Shown here piece after piece: positions 25,001-37,000 of a stretch of DNA of 64,000 nucleotides. The notes under the pieces were generated by a model that was not told the DNA's origin, did not search any database, and saw only the letters and a program-made list of their open reading frames with translations. The position numbers and the translations under genes are program-made. Each line of letters starts with the position of its first letter. Positions within the stretch are counted from its first letter, which is position 1. Source of the DNA: Antechinus flavipes (taxonomy: Eukaryota); NCBI RefSeq assembly GCF_016432865.1, contig NC_067399.1, positions 514,104,001-514,168,000 on the forward strand. The letters are read 5' to 3'.

Positions 25001-28000
25001 NNNNNNNNNNNNNNNNNNNNNNNNNNNNNNNNNNNNNNNNNNNNNNNNNNNNNNNNNNNNNNNNNNNNNNNNNNNNTCCAAAATCACCTTCCTTGTCCCC
25101 AGCTCCCACCACCTCCTCCCGGCCCCAGATCCAGAGAGAGAAAATCAAGAGATGCAGCAACTGGGGATCCAAAAAAAAAAAAAAAAAAAAAAAAAAAGGT
25201 AAATGGAAGGGGAGGTGGTGGTGGTGAGGGGAGATTGAAATAATATATCTGGCGTTTAAGAGATAAGCGTTAAGTCCTCACGGCAAACCCCGGGTTGGCT
25301 GGGCCAGTCTCTCTGGAGAAGGAGGAGGAGGAGAAGGAGGGCCAGGCTGCTAGTAGTGGCTGGCTCTATTGTATTGGAGGAGCGGCAGCGATCAGCCGGA
25401 GACATGCAGGGGAGCCATCTTGCCACTTACCCAGCAGTCTGTGTGCAGAGAGGGGAGGGCCCTGCTGCAGCAGGGGAGGGGAAAGCCGAGGAAGGAGGGA
25501 GGAAGGGAGGGAGGGAGGAGGCGGGCAGGCGAGCGAGTGAGTGATCGAGGTTCTTCTCCTTAGGCAAAGCAGGCCACAGGGAACTCGCTCGGGGTTGGCT
25601 CGAGAGGCCTGGCCTTTCCCCCTTCGGTACTCACTCAAGTTACAATGGCTACTGGGGGCTGACCCCAGGGGAAGGCCTGCTTTCTCCTAGTCCTCAGGAG
25701 AAGGGCCGAGGGGCGGGAAAGACATTGAAAGTTAGTGCTGCTTACTTTACTTGGAAGCTTCCAGAGGACGAGGAAAAGAAAGAATTGGGTAAGAGAGTGA
25801 AGAACAAGGTAACAAAGCCAGGGATGAAGCAGATATGGACAGATAGGATATAAGCAGGAGTCTCACTGTCTTCCCCCTCCCACTACACACCCATAGCTCC
25901 CCTCCCCCACACTCCCAGGGTGGAACCTGAAACCAGATCAGCCAGTCGGAATCCTAGGGGTTGGGGGGGAGTGTTAATTAACTGTACTACTGAGTCACCA
26001 TGGGAACAGGTCAGCTTTGCAGCTGTAAGGCCCATGTGTTACTCCCCACCACCCCTTTTCTCAAGGACAGCTGGCTACTGGAAAGTGAGAAGGGAAAAGA
26101 AAAAAGATAGGGGTCTCTAAAGAGATGACAAACAACTTTGTTTGGTAGTGCTTTAATAATGTCATCTTTGCCTCAATGCGGAAACACAGGCAAAGAAAAA
26201 GACTGAGGCAGTCTAAGTGACTTGAGTGTGAGATATTCGGCCTGAGGCTGCTTGCTACTCTCAATTTGAGGGGAGAGCAATGTGACTTGGGGGGTCAGAT
26301 GCTCTAGCTTCTAGTCCCAGTTCTACAACTCCTTTTGCAGTCTTTAATTCCTTTACTGATCTGGGCCCGTTTTCTTCATTTGCAAAACGAGGGCATCAGG
26401 ATAGATCATTTGAAAGGTCCCATCCAGCTCTAATGATTTATAACTAAGAGGGGACCAGGAATAAAGTGAAATTGAAAGGATGAGGCAGAAGAAAAGCCTA
26501 TGCTAGACAGGAAGGAGCAGCCTGAAGTCCAGAGGACAAAGTCAAGCAGAATCATTACCACCATAACAATGGTTTAGTGTAGAACAGTTATTTTTGACAA
26601 AATGAAGCATGGGTAAGCATTCAATAAGTATTCGTTGCCTTAAGATTTGCTTCTAAGAGTGTAACCCCAAGTCCAGCATCTCTTTTGCAAACACCAAACT
26701 TTTAATCTCAGAAATGAGGCTTCCTCTATACCCCAATGAAGGGCACTCTAGGCTATAACCTGGAAAGCTAGTAAAGGCCTCACTTCCTTTCTCTCTGCTT
26801 CTCAATGGCCACTCTAACCAATCTGTCACTTTTATCTTGGGTGGAAGACTTCATCAGGTTTTAAAGGCTCTCCCCCTTATCCAGCATTAGTTCATATGTG
26901 AATATTTAATATAGATCTTATTTGAAATGATTCAGGTTATTTTTGGGATATTCTAAAAGAGTTGGATAGTTCTTTCTCTAACATTATGGTTATGGGGTGA
27001 TTGATGGTTTCAAAAATGTAGATGCTAAATAAATGCTTGCTGAATATGTTGAATAATTTTCCCTAAAAATATTTTATACAGAATACCCATATAAATCATT
27101 ACCTTCCAACACCTTCTATTTTGAGCTGGGCTGAGATTACCACCTGCTGTCCTGAGGTACTTTCCAACTGATAATACCCTTCCCCAGAAGGGGGAATTTT
27201 CCTTCCTTCCTTCCTTTAAGGAAGAATTCTATATTAAAAGTGTGAGGTTATCATGATGCCCTTCTTACCATCCCTCCATCATCCTCAAGACACAACGGGT
27301 TTGTGCTTTTCATATGCCCAGATTATCCTATTAAAATAAATTCTGTGAATATGTTAAGAGATCAAAAACCTCAGGAGAAGAAAACAAACAAAACATAACC
27401 TAAAAGGTGAGGTGGTGGAATAATCTCTCATAACCTTAGTTCTAAGACTGTTTTAGTGAGCTTTTGCTGTACCACTCAGCTGCTCTTTGTCATATCTTAG
27501 GGAAAAAAAGGCATGTTTTATATCCTTTGCATTCATTTACAAATATCCCTAATAAGCTTAAAAGTGTGAAAACTACCTTTTATGTATTTCCACCCACTAT
27601 TAGTGATATAGTTATTACAGGCGTCCTCAAACTACTGCCCTCAGGCCAGATGCGGCAGCTGAGGACGATTATCCCCCTCACCCAGGGCTAAGAAGTTTCT
27701 TTATTTAATGGCCCATAAAACAAAGATTTTGTTTTTACTATAATCCAGCCCTCCAACACTCTGATGGACAGTGAAATGGCCCCCTATTTAAAAAGTCTGA
27801 GGACCCCTGATATAGTATGATGAAGCCCAGACAAAAAGCACAGTGTAACCTGGAGGTAGGAAATTCAGTTTAAGAGTTCAAACTGAAATGAAAAAAATGT
27901 AACTAGGAGTTCAAATAGTTTGGACTAGTTGATGGAAAAACAAAGTAACACACTACACATGATTGAACTCAAGCCCCAAAGTTATTCCAGACGATTCAGA

Positions 28001-31000
28001 GGGAACTGAAAAGAATTGCTATGGAAAGACCCCTTAATAAGGATTCCAGATTAATAGTTGAACTTTCAAACTCTAAAATTAATATTTCAAAATTCAAATT
28101 AAGAGTAATAATAAATGACTCAATTCTATCTCTTGACAAACTTGTGGTAATAGGGGCCCAAATACCTTAGGGAGGGTAGATTAATCTGTGAGGTCTTCTC
28201 ATACATATGAAGAGAAAATGTGAATGTGCACAATGCCAGGCAGCTACACTAATACTGCCACTGGGTTGTAGATAAATAAAAATTATACTTTAAAATGTTC
28301 AGAGATAAATCAACTGATAAGTTACGAAGATGCACTCAAGATTGAGACTGAAATGACTTGGAAACTTTTTTTTTTAACTTATAGGCAGAAAGATAGGAAT
28401 TTGGAAAAAGATCTCAGCTGGATTGGGATCTGAGACTCCTACTCCTGCTTGATCAATGAGAATCTCTACTCCCAATCAAAAGTCTGGCCTACTTGAATAA
28501 AATGCAGCTAAAAGTCAAAATACCAGCCATAGAGGAAGCCAGCCCCTTTCAAGGAAGGGGATTTTGCAAGACAACTGGCTTTTCTAATGTTTTAAAGCAG
28601 CACAGCTTACTTCCATTTCTGAAATTCCTTAACTTGCTTAAATGATATACCTTCTGAATTCAATTCTCCCTGTGCAACAAGAAAACTGTTTGGTTCTGCA
28701 CACGTATATTGTATCCAGGATATACTGTAACCTATTCAACATGTAAAGGATTGCTTGCCATCTGGGGGAGGGGGTGGAGGGAGGGAGGGGAAAAATCGGA
28801 ACAGAAGTGAATGCAAGGAATAATGTTGTAAAAAATTACCCTGGCATGAGTTCTATCAATAAAAAGTTGTTAAAAAAAAAATTTGCTTAAATGAGTCATG
28901 AAAGAATAAGATTTTCATTTAGTATTGCTGATCCCTCTTAGGAAACTGGTTATAGTTCCAGAAGACCACTGGAAGAATCAATGGCCCAGGAGTACCCAGA
29001 AAATATTGTATTTCTTTAAAATAGTTCCTCCATAGATATAGGCAAAAACCTGAAATATTACTTTACCAAATCTAATGCCAACATAGTGTAGTTTAGGCCT
29101 TTAGTTTAAGTCTTTTTGTTGGAATGGTGAATGGACCAACTGATGAGCACAGGGTCAGGAAGTAGATGTTTGGTGTGCTTTCCTCACCCCTGCCCCCTCC
29201 CCAAGCCTATATTGAATCTGTGCACCAAATTATTCCCCTAGTTATATAACCACAGCAACCACAGCTTACCTAGATAACAATGGAAAAGAACATCTTTGCC
29301 CCAAGTGGTACCCTTTATCCTCCTCCATCAACCCATCAAATTCAAACTGATTTGAAGATTTCATGTTTAGAATAAAAAGTCAAAATCACTTTTACTTGGG
29401 GGGAAAAAATCCAGATTTGACTCAAAGCTCTGCTTAAGGCTTCCTATTGTAAAAGAAAAAAAAAAAAAAAAAAAAAACAAAGCGATAAATTGCTTGCCTC
29501 TTCTTTGTGCAGAGTACCTTTCCAAAGACAAGATCTGGGATTCTAAAAATCGCCTGCTCTTCAACAAGTACAGGAAACAGTTTTCTGGGCCCACTAACAC
29601 CAGGCTTATAAATACCTACTTCAAAGTTGCAGTTATACAAATAAAAAGCTGTACCCCTTTATGGGGTACCTCAGACTGATAAAGCACAGGGAACCCCAGA
29701 TCCTGACTGGAGATGTAAGCTGGGGCCAGCAATCCTTAACACCTTCCAGGATCCGATGGGTTGTCACTTTATGTTCCTAGAAGAAAAAAACTCTTTTCCA
29801 GAGAATAATGCACCCATTTAAAGAAGGAAAAACAAACATCTTTCAAAGGAAGTGGTGCCAATCCTGTTTTAAAAATAAAATCTAATGGCCACATGATGGC
29901 AGTAGATGCAACTTACTAGCATGACAGCAGTGATGACATTAACATAGGGTCTTATCCAAAGGCAAGAACTATATGGAACATAAAGCCATTAAAATAATTT
30001 GAAAACCAGGCAAAATATCTGTCCCCAATCAAAGGAAAAAAATTATTTTAGAGTCTTCAGAAACAAATTATTTGACTATTACAGACCTAGGGAGAAATGA
30101 CATTAATGTTAATTTAAAATGACTTGGAAATAGGTTTGAAAAAATTTTGGTTGAAATATTACATTGAAAAGTTATTCACACACTGCAGTCTTCATAATGA
30201 GTAACTTATTCCCACGATGTTTCACCTTCACTTAGACTTTTAAGTGAGGCGAAAATTCATCAAAATGGTTGCTACATCTATAATAGTAATCAGTAACACT
30301 GAGCTTCTTCCATATGTCAACTATTTTAATGAGACTAATGAGACCTAGAAATGCAGGATAGGTCCAAACAAGTAACTTTCAAGTCACTAAATCTCAGGTT
30401 CAAAATATATTGGCAGCAAATTGGTCTAACCTTGCACCTATAACAGTCATCTATACTATGCCTGAAAATCTCTAATGAGAATAAATCCACTACCTCCCTC
30501 AAAAGCCTATTGCAACTCTGTTAGAAACTTTTTCTTTATATCAAGTCTGAATCTGCTTCTCTGAAATTTCTGCTCACTGTTCCTGTTTCTAACGACCTCT
30601 GGATCTCAACAGAACAAACCTAATTCCTCTTCCCTATGAAAACTCCTTATAATATCTGAAGAACTGATTATATCTCTTCTCTAATGCCAGAATCTTTATT
30701 TCTTTGGGCTATTTATCCCCACTTCTTTCATCTTATCCTATTCTGGACATGCTTCAGTTTGTCAATGTCTTTCCTAAAATGCAACACTCTATTCTCTAGT
30801 TATTGTTTGACCAGGAAATATTATAGCAAAAAAGAATAAATCTCTCTTCTAATTCTGAAATTCCCTTAAGTTTCCTACAACCTCAGAATCAGACAGTTCT
30901 ATTAATGGAACATTAGAACTCTGGTGCTTATTATAATTAAAATATTAACAATAGTTCCTAAAAGATAGTTTTTGGCATCACACTTGCTAGTTAACAACTA

Positions 31001-34000
31001 TCAAACCTAGATGTTTTTGAACAATTCTGAAGAGTAAAATATACTTAAATTCTCAAAAAAAAAATTTCTGGCTTCATATAAACATTGCTATTTCTTTATA
31101 CTTATTTCATAATCTTAATAAGACTGATTAGGTCCTGAATTTAGAAGCACAACTCCCTGCTGCCTCTTAACAAAAATGGCTGGTTGTGACATCCATCACC
31201 GTTTTCAGTTGTCCTGTTTTCAGTACCACTTCCCACACTTCTTTGTGGAATGCTGGTAGTAGCTACTAGCACAGTAAAAACAACCTAGACCATGTCCAGA
31301 TAAAATTTTGCCTCTACAGTTGATACAGTGAAAAGAACATTTGGATATGTAATCCAAAAGTTCAGGAAAGCAAATCCTAGCTCATTCTTCCTTCCTATTA
31401 TAACCTTGAACAAATAACTCATGTACTAAAATCCTTAATATCCTCTTCTGTAAAAGAAGGGGGCTGAACTAGCCGACTTCTAGAAACCCGTCCAGTACTA
31501 GATTCTTATGAATTAGGGGAATAACAAGATTACACCCTCAATTTCCAGTTATTCATGAGACTCCAATTCAAAGGTGTGACTTACACAGTGTGCTGGCTGC
31601 TTCCTGGAGCTGGCTGTTGAAGGGTCTGCACCTCTGGGGCTTGGGTCTCTATGATGGTAGGTGCTTCTGCCTCTTCAACTTCAGACTTTTTGGGACTTCC
31701 CTGTCAAAAAGCAAGAAAAAACAAAAATACCACATAGTTTAGAAAGTTAACTTTGTATTTCCTTTATTACAATGTTCTCCATATATTAAGTGCTGAACAG
31801 AAGTTTACCTGGATCTGATGAGCACATTCTGCCCTGGTAGCTCAATATACCCAACGTCTAGCTATCCTACACCACATCATCATTTCATTTCAGAAGTGGG
31901 TCACTAAGTGGAACATGGCTTAAGGAACTTGGACAATTTCTACAACAGCATCTTATAGGAGGTTTTCATTAGCTGAGCAGAAAGCTCAGAGTTCTGAATT
32001 TCAATTCTGCTCTAAAGCCGAAAGGCAGGCTACTTTTGGTCACAGAAGGCGATGTGATTTTGCCAGTTAGGCATTAGAGTCTGTTAACTTTTGTGAGCTA
32101 AAGAAGGCCGAAATACACTAATTCTATATATACCCAAGAAAGACCATAATAGATAAGGAGTCCTTTCTACATTCCAGTCAGTACCAAGATGAGATGAGAA
32201 CAACTCACATAGCTCAAGAGAGCAACAAATCCATGAGTTCTGCTGAATGAAGGACAGATTGTTTTTATCTTGTGAAATTCTATATGAGATAGCTAAGCTC
32301 TAAAAGATGAGCAATATAATCCAATTGCTTTATCAAGTCTACTTTAAAGTTACTTAAATGACAACCTAATATGTTTCAAGAACACTGAAATTATACCTAC
32401 TGTTCTTTCTTTCATTTCCTTCACAAGCTCCTAACCCTGTCTTTCCCCTCTTTTTCCTCTCTCATGCAAGTCCAAAAATTCAATAGGAGGATCCACTCTA
32501 CTCCAGTTCAATTCAGGTACAGGCAGCATGGCTTACAGAAAGAATACTGGACTTAAAGAGTTAAAAATAGTAGATTCATAGCTACACTCAATGAAGAACA
32601 CTGGTAATGAGTGTGGACTGCTTGCATTTTTGTTTTTCTTTCCAGGTTATTTTTACCTTTCTAAATCCGATTTTTCTTGTGCAACAAGAAAACTGTATAA
32701 ATATGTACACATGTATTGTATTTAAGCTATACTTTAACATGTTTATTTAACATGTATGAGATTGCCTGCCATCTAAGAGAGGGGGTGGAGGGAAGAAAGG
32801 GAAAAGCTGTAACAGAAGTGATTGCAAGGGTCAATGTTGAAAAATTATCCATGCATATGTTCTTGTCAATAAAAAGCTATAATAATTAAAAAAAAAAAAG
32901 AATATTAAGTTCAAATTCCAGCTCTGTGATATTTAAGGTTTGTGTGACTTTGAGCAAGGCACACACTCTCAGCCTCAGTACTTTGTTTTTTTAAATAATA
33001 ATACTCACAATATCTACTCTCACAATGTTGTGAAGAAAATGCTTTGTGAATCCTAAAATACTACATAATTGTTAAGTTAAAAGACAGGTAGTGATCATCT
33101 CTTGCCCACTGGTAAGGAAGTACCATAGCCTACCCGCTCTGGCTTCAACCTTTGGGTCTTATGCTTCTCAACTGGTTCAGCCTGGCTCACAACCCTCACT
33201 GGGGCAAAGGCTGGAGAGACGGTAGTCCTCTCTTTTGGTTCAAGGACCTGCTGCTGTGGCACTGACGGACTGCTGAGAGGTGCAATCTCCTGCCCAGGAG
33301 AGGGATCTTTGGTGTGAGAGTAGCTGGTGCTGCTATCCCTGGAAACTCCAGGGCTCCGAGACTGAGAAAATCAGAGTGGGGAACATCATAAGAACACAAG
33401 TGTTTGGTTCTAGTAAGGTATTCTCTAGTTTTCCACTTCCTATTTATTCAGCTTAATAAAGGGATCCTCAAAACTTGTTCTGTCTCAGCTCAAATTTAAG
33501 CTAATAACTTATAATTAAAATAGTTCAATCCCCAATGGTAGTCTATGTATTTTTAATCTGACTACCTCAAGTTCTTTTTAACTTGTTCTTTTTAGTGTTA
33601 GAATTATTAACTTCTTTGATTCAATAGTCAGCAATGCTCTAGAATTCTCAAACTTGCTTTAGACTGGAAGATGGAATCAGACTCAGTTAGATAGGGGTTC
33701 TGAATGAAAAAGGAACCCACCCAGGTGTAAATTATAGGATAGGAAATTTAAAGTGAATTCTAAAGCAAAATGCAAAGTGAGAAATAGGAATAGGCTGGAT
33801 GCTGAAAGAGAATATATATAAAGTCAGGGATGTAAATAATGTTGATATAAAAAAACAAGTAACATAAGGTATATAAATGGAAACTACTCACTTTTCTACT
33901 ATTGCTAGATGCTGAACGAGATCGAGAACGAGAACGGGACCTAGACTCTGATGTTGATCTGGAGCCTACTTGGGTTCCTGAACGGGGGTTGGAACAAGAG

Positions 34001-37000
34001 CGTGACCAAGATGAATCCCTCTGCTTGGATCTGGGAGGTGAGCGGGATCTAGAGCCTGAGCTGTCTGGAGAGCGGGATCTTGATCGGGAGGTGGAGGAAG
34101 ATGATGAAGATTGGCTGGAGGGGGATGAATCAGCTGAACGTTTTGTCCTGTGGCTTGATAGAGGGATAGGAGAGTCTCCTTTGCTTTCCTTCTGAACCAA
34201 AGATGGGGGCTGTTCAGAGGGAACCTCAGTGTTTACCTTGCCTAGGTTTGATTCCTCAGCTCTTAGAGCAATCAGTGGAGCAGAACGTTCTGGCTCACTT
34301 TGAAAAGCCTCCTCACCTGGGGGTGCAATCACTGTGCTTGTTTCAATTGGAAGAAGGGAATTTCCCTCTTGTGCTATCTCTGTTGGAGACTTTGCTTTGG
34401 TGCCTGCAGGGCTTGGCAAGGAAGGCAGCCTTCCTCCCACCTGGACAGTGTGTGGGGGTAAAAGTAATTCTTTGGCCTCAGCCTCTTCACAGGGAGGAGA
34501 CCTCTGGGTAAGGTCAGGAGGGGCTGGGCCTTCCAAGAGCTCTGTCTCTTCCCCAGTGGGGGGCTCACTTGGAGCTGGTGGAGTGGATGCTTCCTTGGTC
34601 AGCAGGGGTGGGGGACTCTCTTCCTCATTGGCAACTTGTTCTGGTTGTGGCCTAAGGGAAACCTTCAGTAGATCTTCAGTCAGTCGAGGTGGGGAAGGAG
34701 ATTTTTGTTTTTCTTCTGGGGATTTTGTAGCTTTTACTTCTCTTTCTCCTTCATCCTCTTCCTTTTCTTCCACTTTAACTTCTGGTGCTTTTACATCTTT
34801 CTCTTGCTGCAATCTGGTTAGCTGACAAGTTTCCACTTCTTGCTGAGCCCTTGTTGTTCTTCCTCCTCCCTCCAGCTCTTCCTGCTCCTGGATTTCTGTG
34901 CTTCTAGTTACTCCCTCAATTATCTCCTGAAATGCTGCTCTGGTTTCCTCTTTTTCCTCTTGAAACTGTTTCAAAACTGGCAGCTCAACAACTTTTTGCA
35001 TTTCTTCCTCCTCCTCCTCCTCCTCCTCCTCTTCATCTTCTTCCTCTTCTTCCTCCTCTTCGTCTTCGTCTTCCTCTGTTTTCACATTTCGATCTGCTCT
35101 GGCTCTCAGATTTCTGGAAGGTGTCTCCCGTTCCTCCTCTTCCTCAGGAGCCTGGCTACTTTCAGAAAGCTTGGCTGCTCTTGCCTAAAATAAAAATTAA
35201 AAAAAAAAAATACACATAATAAGTAGAGATGTTGGCTCTACATATGCTTACTAACAGTTCTAGGGAAGGGGGAAAAAAGAAATCTAGAAAGGCACCCTGG
35301 AGGAGAAACTTAAGACATTAAATACTATAGAAAGAGATGGCAATGCTAAACAATTTCCTTAAAAAAAAAAAAATCTTGTTTTTGTTTAAAGACAGCATGG
35401 CATAGTGGATAAGTTAAGCTTTGAGTCAGGAAGTTCAAAGTTGAGTTAAATCTTGCCTCAGACATGTACTAGATTTTATGATCCTGAGAAAGTCATTTAA
35501 CTTTAATGTCCGAAGTGGCTCTCTTAAAATTATAAAGTTATAGAGAAAGTGCTTACCTGTACTAATACAGTAATTTACTTATTGATAGCTCCCTACTAAT
35601 GAAATAGTAGGCCCAAATTTAAAAACTGTTTAATTTATATATCTTATTTTTACATAAATTTCATTTTTAACTACAGTCCTTCCTGTCAAGCTATTTTTTC
35701 TAATACCAGACATTTTAATTAAATATGTGTTACAATCATAATTCTAAAGACTGCAAAGGTAGTAGTGCAATGTTAGAGGTTACAATTAGCTAGTATTTAC
35801 AAAAGTTACTATTAACTTTTCTAATTAGGAGCTGTTTTGGCAATATTGACAATTTGGGTGACATCATAAATAAATTAGGAGAGCATGGAAGAAATTATCT
35901 ATCTGATCAATAGATAAGGGAAAAGTTCATAACTAAATAGAAAACAAAGGATAGTGGGGATAAAAAGGGGAATTTTGATTATGTGGAAATAAAAGCTTTT
36001 TGCACAAACGAAACCAATGCAGCCAAAATTAGAAGGAAAGTTAGAAACTGGGGGAAAATTTAATAGTAAATTTCTTAGATAAAAGTCCTCATTTCTCTAA
36101 CATATGGGGAACTAAGCCAAATTTATAAAAATGAGAGCCATTCCTCAATTGATAAATGGTCAAAGGGTATGAACAGGGAGTTTTTAGAATAAGACATCAA
36201 AGTAATTCAATTATAAGAAAAAACTGAAAATAAATAATATGAAAACTATTCTAAATCAATTACAAAACTACAAATTGAAACAATTCTGAGGTACCACCTC
36301 ATACGTATCAGACTGACTAAAAATACAGGAAAAAATGACAAATGTTGAAAGGAAAATAGGGACACAGTTGCACTGATGATATAGTTGTGAACTAGTCTAA
36401 CCATTATGAAGAACAATTTAGAACTGTGCCCAATAGGCTATAAAAATAAATATATCCTTTGACNNNNNNNNNNNNNNNNNNNNNNNNNNNNNNNNNNNNN
36501 NNNNNNNNNNNNNNNNNNNNNNNNNNNNNNNNNNNNNNNNNNNNNNNNNNNNNNNNNNNNNNNNNNNNNNNNNNNNNNNNNNNNNNNNNNNNNNNNNNNN
36601 NAAAATACTTATAGCAACTTTTTTGTGGTGGCAAAAAACTGGAAACTGAGATGTCCTCATCTGAGGACAATGGCTGACTAAGCTGTGATATATGATAAGG
36701 AGGATGTTTCAGAAAAACCTGGAAGACGTATGAGCTGATGCAGAGTGCAGTACGCAGAACTAGGAGAATGTTGTACATAGTAATAGTAATATTGCAAAGA
36801 TCAATTGTAAGACTTAGCTAATTCCAATCATTACAATGATCCATGACAATTCTAATTTATAATGAAAAATGCTATCTAACTCCAAAGAACTGATAAACTC
36901 TAAGACTGAAGCATATTTTTTACATTTTCTTCCAGTGGAAATATTTTGCATGACTTTGTATGTATAATGAAAAAGTTTTAGAGTTTTGCTATAGTTTTAG

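Larger units (their letters stand above)
20816..36601. other. Four assembly gaps (N runs) within this span: 20816-21042, 22205-22376, 24917-25076, 36464-36601
   Basis: Runs of N; all lie in ACIN1 introns. Confidence 0.99.
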
